Positions 39,206 through 52,853 of a DNA stretch of 64,000 nucleotides are shown here, piece after piece. Source of the stretch: Octopus vulgaris (Eukaryota); NCBI GenBank assembly GCA_951406725.2, contig OX597839.1:11098001-11162000 (forward strand), in the 5' to 3' direction. The stretch's first letter is position 1. Every line of letters begins with the position of its first letter. The notes under the pieces were generated by a model. The model had not been told where the DNA came from, did not search any database, and was given only the letters and a program-made list of their open reading frames with translations. The position numbers were made by a program, and so were the translations under genes.

Positions 39206-39515
39206 AACTTATAAATAAGGGCAAATGAAAAAATTTCTAATGCCAAATATGCCGAAAATTGGACATATTGTCCATTTACCATATAATTTTTTTTCCCCCC
39301 AGTACGCACGCTACTCGAACCAAGGGTTCTTTTTGAACTAACCCTCAAATTGGTCCGATATGGTAATAATGGAATTTTTTAAAGATTTTTGTCGGCCTTT
39401 TTTTTAGTAGCGTGCATACTGGGGGAAAAAAAAATTATATGGTAAATGGACATTATGTCCAATTTTCGGCATATTTGGCATTAGAAATTTTTTCGTTTGC
39501 CCTTATTTATAAGTT
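39206..39515. repeat. 110-bp near-perfect inverted repeat with 90-bp spacer (fold-back element)
   Basis: 39206-39315 is the reverse complement of 39406-39515 with few mismatches. Confidence 0.92.
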
Positions 39516-40701
39516 ATATATATAAAAGAGAGAGAGACACACACACACACATTGTTCAGTGTGTCCTTTTTTTCATATAGGGTATGAATTAGGGAGATCT
39601 ACATGCTATTTCTGGCCACCTGAGGAACCATATAGATGCCCTAGCTGTTGGTTTGTGGTGTGTATTTAGAGGTAGGCCGGTAGTTGGTCCAGTGCAACAA
39701 AAGACAAATGTTTTCAGTGTGGATATTATATCATATTTGATAGAGAGAGGGACAAGTTGTGAACTAACTTTAGTCGAATAGACACTAAATTATAGCATTG
39801 TTAATGAGAACAATAGCACTATCTGTATTAGTTGAGTTCTTTCCCATGTTTATTGTTAGTCATTGTTCCTCGTTAGTGAATGGAATAATTATCTCATGCA
39901 TCACATTCTTTAATCAGATATTTGCTGTAACATTAGCGAGTTTTTTTTTTTTCTGTTCATTTTGTTTGTTTTCCTTTGTTTGTTTGTCTGTCTGGATTAA
40001 TTGGTTCCTAAATTCTCACGTTTATCCCTTGCATTTCATTCATAACTTGCCCGCTACCTCCTTCATCTCAGATGATTTATTTCCGGTTGCATGACATTGG
40101 AATCCTTCACCAAAATGTACACACATCAGCGTCCTGTCACCCTAAGCTAAATTATAATTCAGCCTCCTATGCCTGTTGATATTTTTTTAATAGCATTTTT
40201 GTACCCTGTGCGCAGTAATGTTCTGTTTGGCATCCTACATTCTAGCCACTAGTAATTCTATAACAGCCCTGCATATCTATCTCCCTTGCCCTCATATACA
40301 CACTCTTTCAGTATTAAACTTTATATCTTATTACATTCTTTTGCTGTTCACACACAGACACACACTTCCATACTGGTAATAGTGGAATGGATTTTTTTGT
40401 TTTTTCTCTTGGAGTAATTTGTTTTAACAGCTGGAGGCTGATTCCAACATATAACAAACTCAAATTGGATTCAAGTGTGAAACCTGTTGTCAGTCAAGTA
40501 GCCTGAGACAGTCTTGTACCTGGTCCAAGATATATGCTGATTCTCAGCATTTCTGCATGCAACAGATGTAGACAGTTGCATACAGTGGTGCCAATCACTT
40601 AAAGTGGATGGAACTTTCTCCTGACATTTCAGTCCTTGTGAGAAACAATCATCATCATCATCATCAACATCAACAATAACAATAACAACAACAGCAAGAT
40701 A

Positions 40702-41460
40702 GCAAGCTGGCAGAATTGTTAACACCCCAGGCAAAATGCCTGTCTTTACATTTGAGTCCAAATTCTGCTGAGGTTGACTTTGCCTTTTATCCATTCGATG
40801 TTGATAAAATAAGTACCAGTTGAGTACTGGAGCTGATGTACTCGACTTACACCTTCCCCCAAAATTGCTGGCCTTGTGCCAAAATTTGAAGCCATTATTT
40901 TTAAGGTAGCCAGCTGAAAGAATTGTTAAAAGGTTGTAAAAAAAATGCTTTGCATATTTCCTTCTGGCCCCATATGTTCTAAATTCAAATACTACTGAGG
41001 TCAACTTTGCCTTTCATTCATCAAGGGTCAATAAAATAGACATCATGGGGTCAAATTGATGGTGTTGTATCAAAATGGGGGAAAAAATTATTATTATTTT
41101 CAGGGTGGCTAACTGGCAGAATCATTGAAATATTGGAAGAAAATGCTTTGTGGAGGTCAACTTTGCCTTTCATTCATCAAGGGTCAATAAAATAGACACA
41201 TGGGGGTCAAATTGATGGTGTTGTATCAAAATGGGGGAAAAAATTATTATTTTCAGGTTGGCAAACTGGCAGAATCATTGAAATATTGGAAGAAAATGCT
41301 TTGTGATATTTTGTTCAACACTTTACGTTTTAAATTCCAATACCACCAGAGTTAACATTATCTTTCATCCTTTTGAGATCAATAAAACCCAGTACTAGTC
41401 AGGTACCGCGGTTGATGATAACTGACTAATCTCCTCCTTCAAATTTCAAGCCTTGTTTCT
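40702..41460 (+). mobile_element. Stack of head-to-tail SINE B2 copies including a tandem duplication of about 155 bp
   Basis: CTGGCAGAAT-type heads at about 40707, 40914, 41113, 41266; 40997-41152 nearly identical to 41153-41305. Confidence 0.8.
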
Positions 41461-42169
41461 TTATTGGAAACCCCATTATTGCTTTCTCCATCTTTAAATA
41501 AATAGTTGTTTCCTTCTCTAGCAAATTCAGTCTTTAAAAGGAGACAATTGACATTTCGTCTCTACATCTTAATATTCCTACTAAGCAGGTTATTTAGCTC
41601 TCTCTCTTTTTTTTTTTTCTCCCTCTTTCCTCCATGCACTACACCTCTTCAAATCATATCAGGTTTCTGTCTTAATTTACTATTCCTCCTTCTTCCCCGT
41701 CCTCTCCTCTGCTTTAATATTGAACTCCTTTTCAAGATACTCCGATGAATAATCCATCCGGCCTGCTTCTGTTTAATTCACTTGTCTCCTTTGTCACCAT
41801 TCTCTTGAATTCGTTTAGTTCTATTTTATGAACTTCAATGAAACGGTATCCTGAGCTGCCGCTTGCTGTCTACTGCTGTCGCTCTTTCTTAGGATTCCAT
41901 TCTTCTCTGTGAGAGCGTTTGATATCCTTTGTGCATCCACTATCTCTCCTTTTAACAATGGTTGTTTGCTATTTCTGTTGCTGTTTGATATCATTAAACT
42001 ATCTGATGATGTTCATTGATATGGCGTAAACTGTTTTCGTATTTTAACTTATACATACAACTGTTTTGTCATTTGAGACGTAAGCGATTTGATGCTTGAT
42101 TGTCTTTCCTTTTCTATTTTTTCCTTACTTTTTTTTTACAATCAGTGCGTGGTATATTTGTTTTTATAC

Positions 42170-42700
42170 CCAATTTGTTCGCATAGGTATTTGATATCAT
42201 TGATATTTACATAGCTGTTTAATGTTTGATGCTCAGAGAAGTAAAATGTTTGATGTCTGACATAACTGCTTACTTTACCAGAGGTTATTTGCATAACTGT
42301 TTAATATAAAACTATTTGCATATAACTGTTTGCTGCTATGCGAGATCTTTATTTGCATAATCTTTCACCGTGTTATATGGATATTAGCATAACAGTTTGA
42401 TAATCTGCATTTTATCTGCAAAAATTATTTCCCTCTTTTGATATCAGATATTTTGTATATTGCTTTATATCTGATATTTGTATAGCTGTTTTAATACGAA
42501 AGATATTTACATAATTATTTGATATCTGATATTAATATAGCCGTTTGATATTTTAGATATTAATTTAGCTGTTTGATATATTGGATATTAACATAGCCGT
42601 TTGATATTTTGGATGTCAACATAGCTGTTTGATATTTGCAAAACGATATTCACATAACTGTTTAATATCTTTTGATACTCGAATAATAAATAACCTTTTG
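42170..42700. repeat. Degenerate minisatellite (GATATT..CATA(A/G)CTGTTT units)
   Basis: Recurrent CATAGCTGTTT/CATAACTGTTT and TTGATAT words at about 20-30 bp spacing. Confidence 0.75.
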
Positions 42701-43080
42701 ATAAATTTTTAGTCCCAAGGTATTTTTTAATCTGATTAAAGAAAAACTGCATAGTTTTCAGTGATGTTTCTGTTTTTATGTTGTTTATTTATTTGCTGCT
42801 TTTAACAATTTTTGTTTCCTGTTTCTATCTTATTTTTTAATCAAAATTTTAGGATTAAATGAAATATCTTCCTAATTTGATCTATTGCCTAGATAAGGGA
42901 GTCCTGATTTAGGGCATATGCCCCACCAGTGGGGCGTGGTGCCATAGTCGCCAGGCACGAGGTTCACATTAAAGAAATTAATTTTTTTTTCTTAGTCAAT
43001 AATGTACTTTTTGTACTCAGTATTTGTACTCAGTACTTGATGCAAGAGTTTACCTGTTGATTATTTTGTATTAAATAATT

Positions 43081-43500
43081 CTTTTACTTATTTCAGTCAG
43101 TAGACTGTAGTCATGTTACACCTATCTTTCACATATAACATGCTATGTGAGATCTTTATTTGCATAAACAGTTATATACAAACAGTTTTATATCAAACAG
43201 CTATGCAAATAACCTTTGAAGAATTTTTTGTCAAATGAATTAAGCCTGGTGCTTATTCTGTTGATCTCTTAGCTGAAATGCTAAGTTACAGGGACATAAA
43301 CACACCAACACTGGTGGTGGTAGTGGGACAAGCACATACACAAAGACACATACACTTAGGTATATATAGATATATATACAATGGGCTTCTTTCAGTTTCT
43401 GTCTACCAAATCCACTCATAAGGATTTGGTCGGCCCAAAGCTATAATAGAAAACACTTGCCCCAAGTGCAATGCAATAGGCCTGAACCCAGGACCTGTGG
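43081..43500 (-). mobile_element. SINE family A with locally templated insertion
   Basis: A tail at 43081-43117 and body at 43213-43500 separated by sequence copied from 42281-42380. Confidence 0.8.
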
Positions 43501-44552
43501 GAAAATAGGTTGTGCCCTAGATCTTCTTGCTTTTTCATCTTATGGCACATAATTCTTACACTCCAACTCTACTTGGTGACAGTGGTTGGTGGTGATGGTG
43601 GGGGTGGGGATGGAGACATTATAAAACAAACAAATCACTTCTCTGTTGCAGGTCAGGTGGGTGCTTCTGTTGTTCCTCTGCCAACAACCAAGTTTCTCTG
43701 GCGGGGACAGCTCTTAGTCTAAATATCAAGACAGCCGTTTGATGATGATGGCTCTTGACAAACTCTGTTTTCATAGTAATTCTATATTCAGAAAGAAGTT
43801 TCTCCTTTTCTTGTTGTTGTTTAACCCCAGGTCAGAGCCTGTTAAAAAAAAATGTCCCTGTTGTAAAACGGTGACCAAAACAGTCAAGGAAATCCTGCCC
43901 CACCCCCAAAATCCTGTTTGCAATAGTTCTTCCAGCTCTTTAACTTCTGAGCTCAAAATACCACTGAGGTATTTCTCAGCCTTCTAGTAGTAGCAGTAGT
44001 AGTAGTAGTAGCAGTAGTAGTAGTAGTAGCAGTAGCAGTAGTAGTAGTAGTATTGGTATCAATATATTTCTGTAGTAAATATTTTTGCGGCTAGATCATG
44101 TTGCAGGCGTGCTTGTGGTTGGGATGGGGGCTGTGCTTAGGGTGCAGGCACATTTGACACTGTCTAATCATGTTTACCTAAGTACACGGATTATGATAAC
44201 GCTTCAGTGAACTCGCGCTTGCGGGTAGTATTGTGTGGCACTGCGCTTGCATTTGTGTGTGTGTGTGTGTGTCTATATATGCACATTAAAAAATATATAT
44301 TATACAAACTGACAAAGAATACACCAGATATGCAAATATATACACCATGTGTTGGTGGCTTTCTTTCTATGTCACCACACATAGATGAGCATTGCGTGTT
44401 GGATAGAATGTGGAACCAGTGATTACCAAATAATATATGGCAGCACAATAGTGGCACAGCAAAAATTACAAGAATTATATTTGAAAAAATGTGAAAATAT
44501 AAATCAAGCTTCTAAATAACTTGATAATTGTGTTTTATTTATTAAAGAGATA

Positions 44553-44947
44553 GGCGCAGGAGTGGCTGTGTGGTAAGTAGCTTGCTAACCAGCCACATGG
44601 TTCCAGGTTCAGTCCCACTGCGTGGCATCTTGGGCAAGTGTCTTCTGCTATAGCCCCAGGCCGACCAATGCCTTGTGAGTGGATTTGGTAGACGGAAATT
44701 TAAAGAAGCCTGTCGTGTATATGTATATATATATAAATGTGTGTCTGTGTTTGTCCCCCTAGCATTGCATGACAACCGATGCTGGTGTGTTTACGTCCCT
44801 GTCACTTAACGGTTCAGCAAAAGGGACCGATAGAATAAGTACTGGGCTTACAAAAGAATAAGTCCCGGGGTCGAGTTGCTCGATTAAAGGCGGTGCTCCA
44901 GCATGGCCACAGTCAAATGACTGAAACAAGTAAAAGAGTAAAAGAAT
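44553..44947 (+). mobile_element. SINE family A, full length
   Basis: Near-identical to 445-834. Confidence 0.92.
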
Positions 44948-45741
44948 AGATAGTTAATGGTTTTTCTATTGTTTGATGAATTTTTATATAGTGCAGGTGC
45001 TTCAGTATTTTTTTTATAGGTGCAGTTATGGCTATGTGGTAAAAGTTTGCTTCTCAAAGCCTCTCATTTATATGTATGTGTATATATATGTGTGTGTGTA
45101 TGTCTTCGTTGTTTCTTCGTTGATGCTTCTTCTTATCAGTCTTTGAAATCCTGAAATGGATTATGGGCATTGCCTTTCTCACTGGCTAAAAAATAATAAA
45201 GAAAAAGGGATGTCTTAAACAAGTTCCCAGATCAGACTAAATAGCATCTAAACAGGCCTGGTATGAACTTTTATTGCTAGTTTGCCTCCAGGACAGGCTG
45301 AAGAACTTATGTGCAGCAGCAATTTTATCCTTGCTTTTCTATGCTTGTAGGGTTGAGTGGTTTTTCTGAGGCAGGGTTTACTAACCAGTGCCCTTCCTGT
45401 TACCCAAACCCTTCAGTCCTTTTTAGCAGGGACACACATGGTATAGACTGTGTACCTGAATAGATGTGCTATAGCTCCTGCCTTTCCAGAACTGACAGGG
45501 CCTGGGAATGTAAATAGGTGTGGGGTGTAGATCCATTGAAGTCCCTGTATACCACACATCCTGGATGTAAAGACCTGTGGCCTGTTCCATTTCATTCAAC
45601 TGGCTACCCAACTTCTCCTGGAGGTGACCCTTACCTACTTAACAACAACAACAGTTACATTGTACCCTTTGCTGATATACAATAGGGAATTATTGATTGA
45701 AGATTAATTTTCTTCATAGTGTTTGAAAATCATAACAACAA

Positions 45742-45802
<61 letters not shown>

Positions 45803-46000
45803 ATTATTTTTTTTCCTTTCCTTGCAATGATGATGCTGGTGTTGTTTTAGCTATAGTAACAACATCAATGAAATATTCAGTTAACTGATTCAGAAAATAA
45901 CAAAAGAAGATGGACAATGTAATTAATTTGATAAAGCTCATCAAGGTTTTGGAGTTTAGTTGTTTGTTTATTTGTTACATATTTATTTATATTAATTATT

Positions 46001-46004
46001 ATTA

Positions 46005-46086
<82 letters not shown>

Positions 46087-46112
46087 CATCATCATCATCA
46101 TTGTCATTATTA
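46001..46112. repeat. (ATT)n/(ATC)n microsatellite
   Basis: Direct inspection. Confidence 0.95.
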
Positions 46113-46514
46113 TTTTTATTTATTTTGCTTGTACACTCATTCCTGTCACTGATTCAGCTATTAACATTTCATGAAATTACGAGCTCCTTGTGCACATGTT
46201 TAACACTCACATAACACATGCACATGCACACATACACACACACACACACATGCACACACGTGCATAGGCATTCTTATACTTGCGTATATTCCTACATGTA
46301 CATTGCTCATACATTGAAGTACATTTACACTCACACACACACACACACACACAACACATACAAGTTTACATTTCATAAACACAAACGCACATCTTTTGCA
46401 TATACACATGCACATGCTTACAGAACAGGCATATAATAATTATAAATGCAAAAACACAGACGTACCCACGTATCTTCAATACAAACACCAGCTGCACACA
46501 CACACACACACACA

Positions 46515-46700
46515 AACACATTTATATAGTATATATTTATACATTCAAATTATACATTCATATTTACACACATGCATATATATATATATATATGTACACA
46601 CACACACACACATTTATATAATATATATTTATACATTCAAATTATACATTGATATTTACACACACATATATATATATATATGTACACACACACACACATG
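46515..46700. repeat. About 90-bp tandem duplication in low-complexity DNA
   Basis: CATTTATATA.TATATATTTATACATTCAAATTATACATT.ATATTTACACACA twice. Confidence 0.8.
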
Positions 46701-46921
46701 CATATATATATATATGTACACACGCACACACATGCAAGGTTTTAGTCACACACATGTATGCACACACACTTATAGACAGCACCACCATTCAAGAGTAAAT
46801 CTAATTTGCCGGCCTATAAATTTTGCTGTCTATACATTTTAGGGTGGTTTTTTTTCTTTTGTTATTGTTCCTTCTTGTTTATGTGATTCATTCTTGTTGT
46901 TGCAGTTGTTGTTGGTGGTGC

Positions 46922-46969
<48 letters not shown>

Positions 46970-47353
46970 GTCCTGGTCTCTTTTTATCTAATTTCCTCCC
47001 TATTGTGTGTTTACTCTGTTTCTTTCACATAGATATTTTAGCTAAGCTTGCAACAGCAAAAAAATAAATAAAACCCACACACACACACACACACACATAC
47101 AGAATCACACACATACAGAATCACACACATACATTCTCACCACCACCACCACCACTGCTCTATCCATTTCTCTGCTCTGTGTTCAATTAGGTGAGAAATA
47201 TGAACTCTTGTTGGAATTAATATTAACAGTAAAATAAATTATTTATTCATTGTGTATGTATGTATGAATGTTACGAGAGGAAAGGGAGCCACAGTGGGAC
47301 GGGCTGTGGGGATGCATGGCATTGCTCACCCACTCTTTCTCTCTTTTTCCTTT

Positions 47354-47600
47354 TCTTCTTCTTCTTCTTCTTCTTCTTCTTCTTCTTCTTCTTCTTCTTC
47401 TTCTTCTCTTCCCTCTCTGTCTATCTGTCCCTTCTTCTTCTTCTCATCTCTCCCCTCTCCCCTCTGTCTCTTCTTCTTCTTCTTCTTCTTCTTCTTCTTC
47501 TTCTTGTCTCCCCTCTCTGTCTATCTGTCTCTGTATTTCTCTCTCTCTCTCTGTCTCTCTCTCACTCTCTGCCCCCCTCTCTCTTTCTCTCTCCCTCTCC
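47354..47600. repeat. (CTT)n/(CT)n polypyrimidine tract
   Basis: Direct inspection. Confidence 0.95.
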
Positions 47601-48080
47601 AGTCTTTGTTTTTTGATGTCTTAGAAGGTTCATATTTTACTGTTGTTGTTATTGAAGCCTGTATGTTGCTTATTATGATATTTATATAGCTGACCCTTGA
47701 CACCACACTAAAGAAGATAGGCTGAAAACCTATTGTTTTCTGTAGATCTCTTTGTGACTCATTAATTTTTATCTAATTTGACAAGTTCTGTCCTCCTCCA
47801 CCCTTCATTTCCCCTCTCCCCCTTACACTCTCTTTCTCTCTTTTCTCTTCCTCTCTCTCCCACCACTACTCAATAATGGTTACTTGAAATCAATTGGAAG
47901 TTACATTATTGATAAATCAAATGTTGAAGTTGATTGCATTGTCTCTTTATTCACTGGGAAATAGTTGCTGCCAATATTTTATGTTACACTGCTGTGTGTG
48001 TGTGTGTGTGCATATACATGTGGGTGTGTGTCTGTGTGTGTGTATATACATACATGTATATATCTATATGCATATGTGTA

Positions 48081-48144
<64 letters not shown>

Positions 48145-48242
48145 TATATACATGTATATATGTACATGCATATGTGTATGGACATATATATATATGTGTG
48201 TGTATATATATATATGTGTATGTGTGTATATATATATGTGTG

Positions 48243-48273
<31 letters not shown>

Positions 48274-49224
48274 ATATATATATACATACATACACACATA
48301 CACACATGAGTATGTGCATTTCATATACATGAGTCACACACATATACATACATGTGTGAGTGTGTGTGTATATACATACACATGAGTGTATTTGTATATT
48401 TCATTTCATACACGACTGACACACGCATACATGTGTGTGTCTGTGTGTTTTGATCAGTATGTGTGAGAACATACAAATAAACACTGATATATAGTGAATA
48501 ATCAAGATAATGATTTTCTTTGTTAAAAAAGGAAACAAAACAAAACAAACAAAAAAGGAAGGAAACAAATCAAATAACATAAACAAAAGGAAAAGTAAAA
48601 ACAAACAACAACAACGAAAAAAAAACGGAAGCAAATCAAAAAATAAATTAAAAACATTTTTTTCTTCTTCAGATAATAATATTTTGTGTTTTCAGTCTTT
48701 TTGTTTGTTTTATTTTGTAATGATGGGTTTCCTGTCATATTTCAGTGTTCTTCTTCTTATTATTATTATCATCATCATCATCATCATCATTATTATTAAT
48801 GTCGTCCTCGTTTTATTTAATCTGCCTCCATATAAACATGTATGTGCGATTCAGCGTTTGTCTTTGTGTCTCTGTCCTTCGTGGTTTCTTTTCTTCGGTT
48901 GAGGTCCAATGCTTTCAGATCTGACCTATTTGCTTACCTTCAAGGTGTTCCTTAGTTTAACTGCTGCCACTGGGACCTTCCATCACTACAGCCTTGACCA
49001 AGAACCAATAGAAAATCCTGTGTGTAGATGCTCCACTTGTTAGAAATAGCAAATAAATCTCTCTTGAAATCTATTATAAAACAGGAAAACCCATTTTTGT
49101 ATTGAAGTCTTAACTACACTGGCTCTGATGGCCAATGCTGGAACAATTTTTAACACTTTATTTAGCATTGGTATTACTTTGTCAAATGTAATGCTTATTT
49201 ATTCACATTGTTTTGAATTGATCA

Positions 49225-49603
49225 TGGTAAGTAGCTTGCTTACCAACCACATGGTCCTAGGTTTAGTCCCACTGCGTGGCACCTTCGGCAAGTGTCTTCT
49301 ACTATAGCCTCGGGCCAACCAAGGCCTTGTGAGTGGATTTGGTAGACTGAAACTGAAAGAAGTCCGTCATATATATATATGTATGTATGTATGTGTGTGT
49401 GTCTGTGTTTGTCCTCCCAACATCGCTTGACAACCGATGCTGGTGTGTTTACGTCCCCGTCTCTTAGCAGTTCGGCAAAAGAGACCGATAGAATAAGTAC
49501 TGGGCTTACAAAGAATAAGTCCCGGGGTCGATTTGCTCGACTAAAGGCGGTGCTCCAGCATGGCCGCAGTCAAATGACTGAAACAAGTAAAAGAGTAAAG
49601 AGT
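49225..49603 (+). mobile_element. SINE family A following a truncated P2 fragment
   Basis: A body from TGGTAAGTAGC to (GAGTAAA)n; P2 fragment at about 49155-49224. Confidence 0.9.
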
Positions 49604-50136
49604 ATATATATATATATAATCTTTTTCCTCTCTGTTAATCATTGTGCTGATTTGTAAGTGTGTGTATATATACATGTAACAGTAACATGTGTAGCTTGTT
49701 ATCCTCTTTCTTTATTTAATGACCTGTCATGTATTATCTTAAAAATGAGAACAACAAAACCTGCTGTACAATAACCACCAAGTAGCTAACTCTTGACTAG
49801 TACTCTGCTCCCTCTTTATCTCCACTTTCATGTACTACTTAAGCTGCACCAAAGACACTCTGTGTGTGTGTGTGTGTGTGTGTGAGTGTGTGTGCAATGT
49901 CCTGAATAGTGAAAAAGTTTGCCTCACAGCCATGAGGTGCTGGTTTCGTTCTCTCTGCTTAGTCTTCTGTCATAAACTTAGGGATGTCCGCAGTTTTTGT
50001 CAGTGAAATTAGGTAAGTGAATTTGATTGCACCCACGAATCAAAGGACTAGTCTTGTCACATCTGGTGCCATATTGGAGTCAGCCTGCAGTTCGTGTTAA
50101 TGGAATACTCAACCGGCTCCACTATAATTAATATAT

Positions 50137-50360
50137 ATTTCTTTATTGCCCACAAGGGGCTAAACATAGAGGTGACAAACAAGAACAGACAAACGGATTA
50201 AGTCGATTACATCGACCCCAGTGCAGAACTGGTACTTTATTTATCGACCCCGAAAGGATGAAAGGCAAAGTCGACCTCGGCGGAATTTGAACTCAGAACG
50301 TAGCGACGGGTGAAATACCGCTAAGCATTTCGTCCAGCGATCTAACGATTCTGCCAGCTG
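50137..50360 (-). mobile_element. SINE family B
   Basis: Reverse complement of 57649-57875. Confidence 0.9.
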
Positions 50361-50711
50361 CATGGACTGTAATTGTAATTCAGAAGTCCAACATCCTTGT
50401 GTCATGTTGAGTTTACCTGTGGTTTAAATTTAAGGTTACTCAGTCAAACTAACTCACTAAGGTATAATATGTAGGTAGTTCTGATGATCAAATAACTGGT
50501 GTATTCATTCTTGAAATCATTGTGATACATATCTAATCAGCTTAACTGTTTAGTATTTGAACTAGGCATGTCTAGCACAAATATTCTGTTTAACACTTCT
50601 GAATCCACTGCATTTGTTTCAGTTAATGTTGAGAATAATGAGGAATTCAATAAAATAACTAGTGTTTGAGACATAACATGAAATTCTGATGGGGGTTTTT
50701 GAAGGTTTTAA

Positions 50712-50931
50712 CCCTTTCGCTACCAACCCGGCTGAAACTGACTCTGGCTCTGTGTGCAAATGTCTTATTTTCATAAGTTTTGAATTAAAATCTTCCACCA
50801 AACCTTAGTCACAATTTATGCTCCTAACACTAGCTGAATGATAACTAAGTTATTTTACTAAATTCTCTGTTATATTGAAAGTAATTGAAAGAAACACAGA
50901 GCATCTTAACATAAATGCAGTAACTAAAGGG
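50712..50931 (+). mobile_element. MITE family P1 nested in an older, oppositely oriented P3 relative (about 50590-50992)
   Basis: TTAA 50708-50711 and 50932-50935; flanks resemble 61410-61590. Confidence 0.85.
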
Positions 50932-50992
50932 TTAATTTAAAACAGAAAGTTTGTATCATAGAACCAAGGGTGGTTAGTATTAAAGAGGTTAA

Positions 50993-51170
50993 TATTCAAC
51001 TGGCCAGATCTGGTCTCTCACACCTACCCTACGATGTTCATTCTAAAAATAAAACTAATATATCATTTGAAATCTCAAAGCTATGAGGTAATACATTACA
51101 TGATTATTCAAGACAATGTGAATAAATAAATAAGCAGTACATTTGACAGGGTATTGAAAGCTAAAGGGGT
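50993..51170 (-). mobile_element. MITE family P2, partial
   Basis: GGCCAGATCTGGTCTCTCACACCTACCCTAC ... GCTAAAGGG. Confidence 0.7.
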
Positions 51171-51580
51171 CAAATGTTGCTCCCTTCATGCGGCGAGGTG
51201 CAAATGGGTCAAATATCACTCTGTTCATCTATTTGGTGAAGGGGTTTTAAAGTAGAAGGCCTATTGATGGAAACTGATTATTAACTTAACTTGGCTCTCC
51301 TCCCTCCTTACCTTTCTCCCAACCCATCTCTCTCTCTCTCTCTCTCTCTGATTAACAAGTTGGAGTCATTCATAGTGTGCTGTTTATTTTGATGGGGTTA
51401 TGGTTATGTTTGGTCTTTATGGTATATATTAACATTTATGAGTCTGTACCATATATTTGTTCATGTTTGTGTGCATGTAAATACATGCAAAGATTGACGT
51501 GTTCAATTAAAATCATTGAGGTTAATGCCCTAACATGGCCACAATATCCATTGACTGAGCATATCTATTATATTTGTTTA

Positions 51581-52133
51581 TCTTTTACTTGTTTCAGTCA
51601 TTGGACTGTGGCCATGCTGGAGCATTGCCAAGGACTTAGTCAAACAACACCAATGCTTATTTTATTTTTAACTACAGTGCTTATTCTGTTGGTCTCTGAA
51701 CCATTATGGAAACAACACATGTATATACACATACATATATACACACAAACACTATGGGCTTCTTTCAGTTTCTATCTTCCAAATCTACTTATATGGCTTT
51801 GGTTGGCCCAGGGCTGTAGTAGAAGACACTTGCCTTGGGTGTCACACAGGGATTGAACCTGGAGCCATGTGACTGGGAAGCAAACTTTTTTTTTCTTTAT
51901 TGCCCACAAGGGGACAAACAAGGACAGACAAAGGGATTAAGTTGATTACATCAACCCCAGTGCATAACTGGTACTTAATTTATCGACCCCGAAAGGATGA
52001 AAGACAAAGTCGACCTCGGTGGAATTTGAACTCAGAACGTAAAGGCAAACTATATACTGCTAATCATTTCGCCCAGCATGCTAACACTTCTGCCAGCTCA
52101 CCGCCTTCTTATTACATCACCACACCTATTCCT
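51581..52133 (-). mobile_element. SINE A with SINE B (about 51890-52106) inserted near its head
   Basis: A body 51581-51885, B complete, A head remnant 52107-52133. Confidence 0.75.
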
Positions 52134-52344
52134 CTATTTATTATGCATCATATATTCGTGTGTGTGCATATGCGCATATTATGCATCCATATGTATATAC
52201 AGATTTGCATCACAATGATGAGGTCCAGCCTAAGCGTCACGCTGATGGTGTTTGGGTTTTTTGTAAACAAGCTGAGAATACTCAATCTCTTATAAACCAA
52301 TAAGGGGATTGTGGAGCTGAACAAGCAACTCAAAATCTTATTCT

Positions 52345-52556
52345 TTTCTACTCTAGGCACAAAGACCGAAATTTTGGAGGAGGGGGCCGGTTGATTAGAT
52401 CAACCCTAGTACACAAATGGTTCTTAATTTATCAACCCCGAAAGGATGAAAGGCAAAGTTGACCTCGGCAGAATTTGAACTCAGAACATAAAGTCAGACG
52501 AAATAGTGCTAAGCGTTTTGCCTGGCATGCTAATGTTTTTGCCAGCTTGCGGCCTT
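52345..52556 (-). mobile_element. SINE family B2
   Basis: CTAGGCACAAAGACCGAAATTTT tail, CCCCGAAAGGATGAAAGGCAAAG body. Confidence 0.85.
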
Positions 52557-52652
52557 AATTCTTATTGCCAAACCCAGTACAGGATCCATGTTCTGTGTTT
52601 TTTACTTATACATACATACATACATATATACATACATACATACATACATACA

Positions 52653-52719
<67 letters not shown>

Positions 52720-52766
52720 ATGTATGTAATTATGTGTGTGTGCGTGCATATGTATATGTGTGTATA

Positions 52767-52853
<87 letters not shown>

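Noticed and set aside
40471-41004. Longest ORF (177 aa)
   Set aside because: Runs antisense through SINE B2 copies and a trinucleotide repeat; no recognisable domain
41600-41995. Purine-rich minus-strand short ORF, possible LINE ORF1 relic
   Set aside because: About 57 aa with no identifiable motif
47894-48385. Long ORFs rich in YI/CV/HT (also 28705-28999, 46396-46842, 52506-53047)
   Set aside because: Translations of (TA)n/(TG)n microsatellites that lack stop codons by composition
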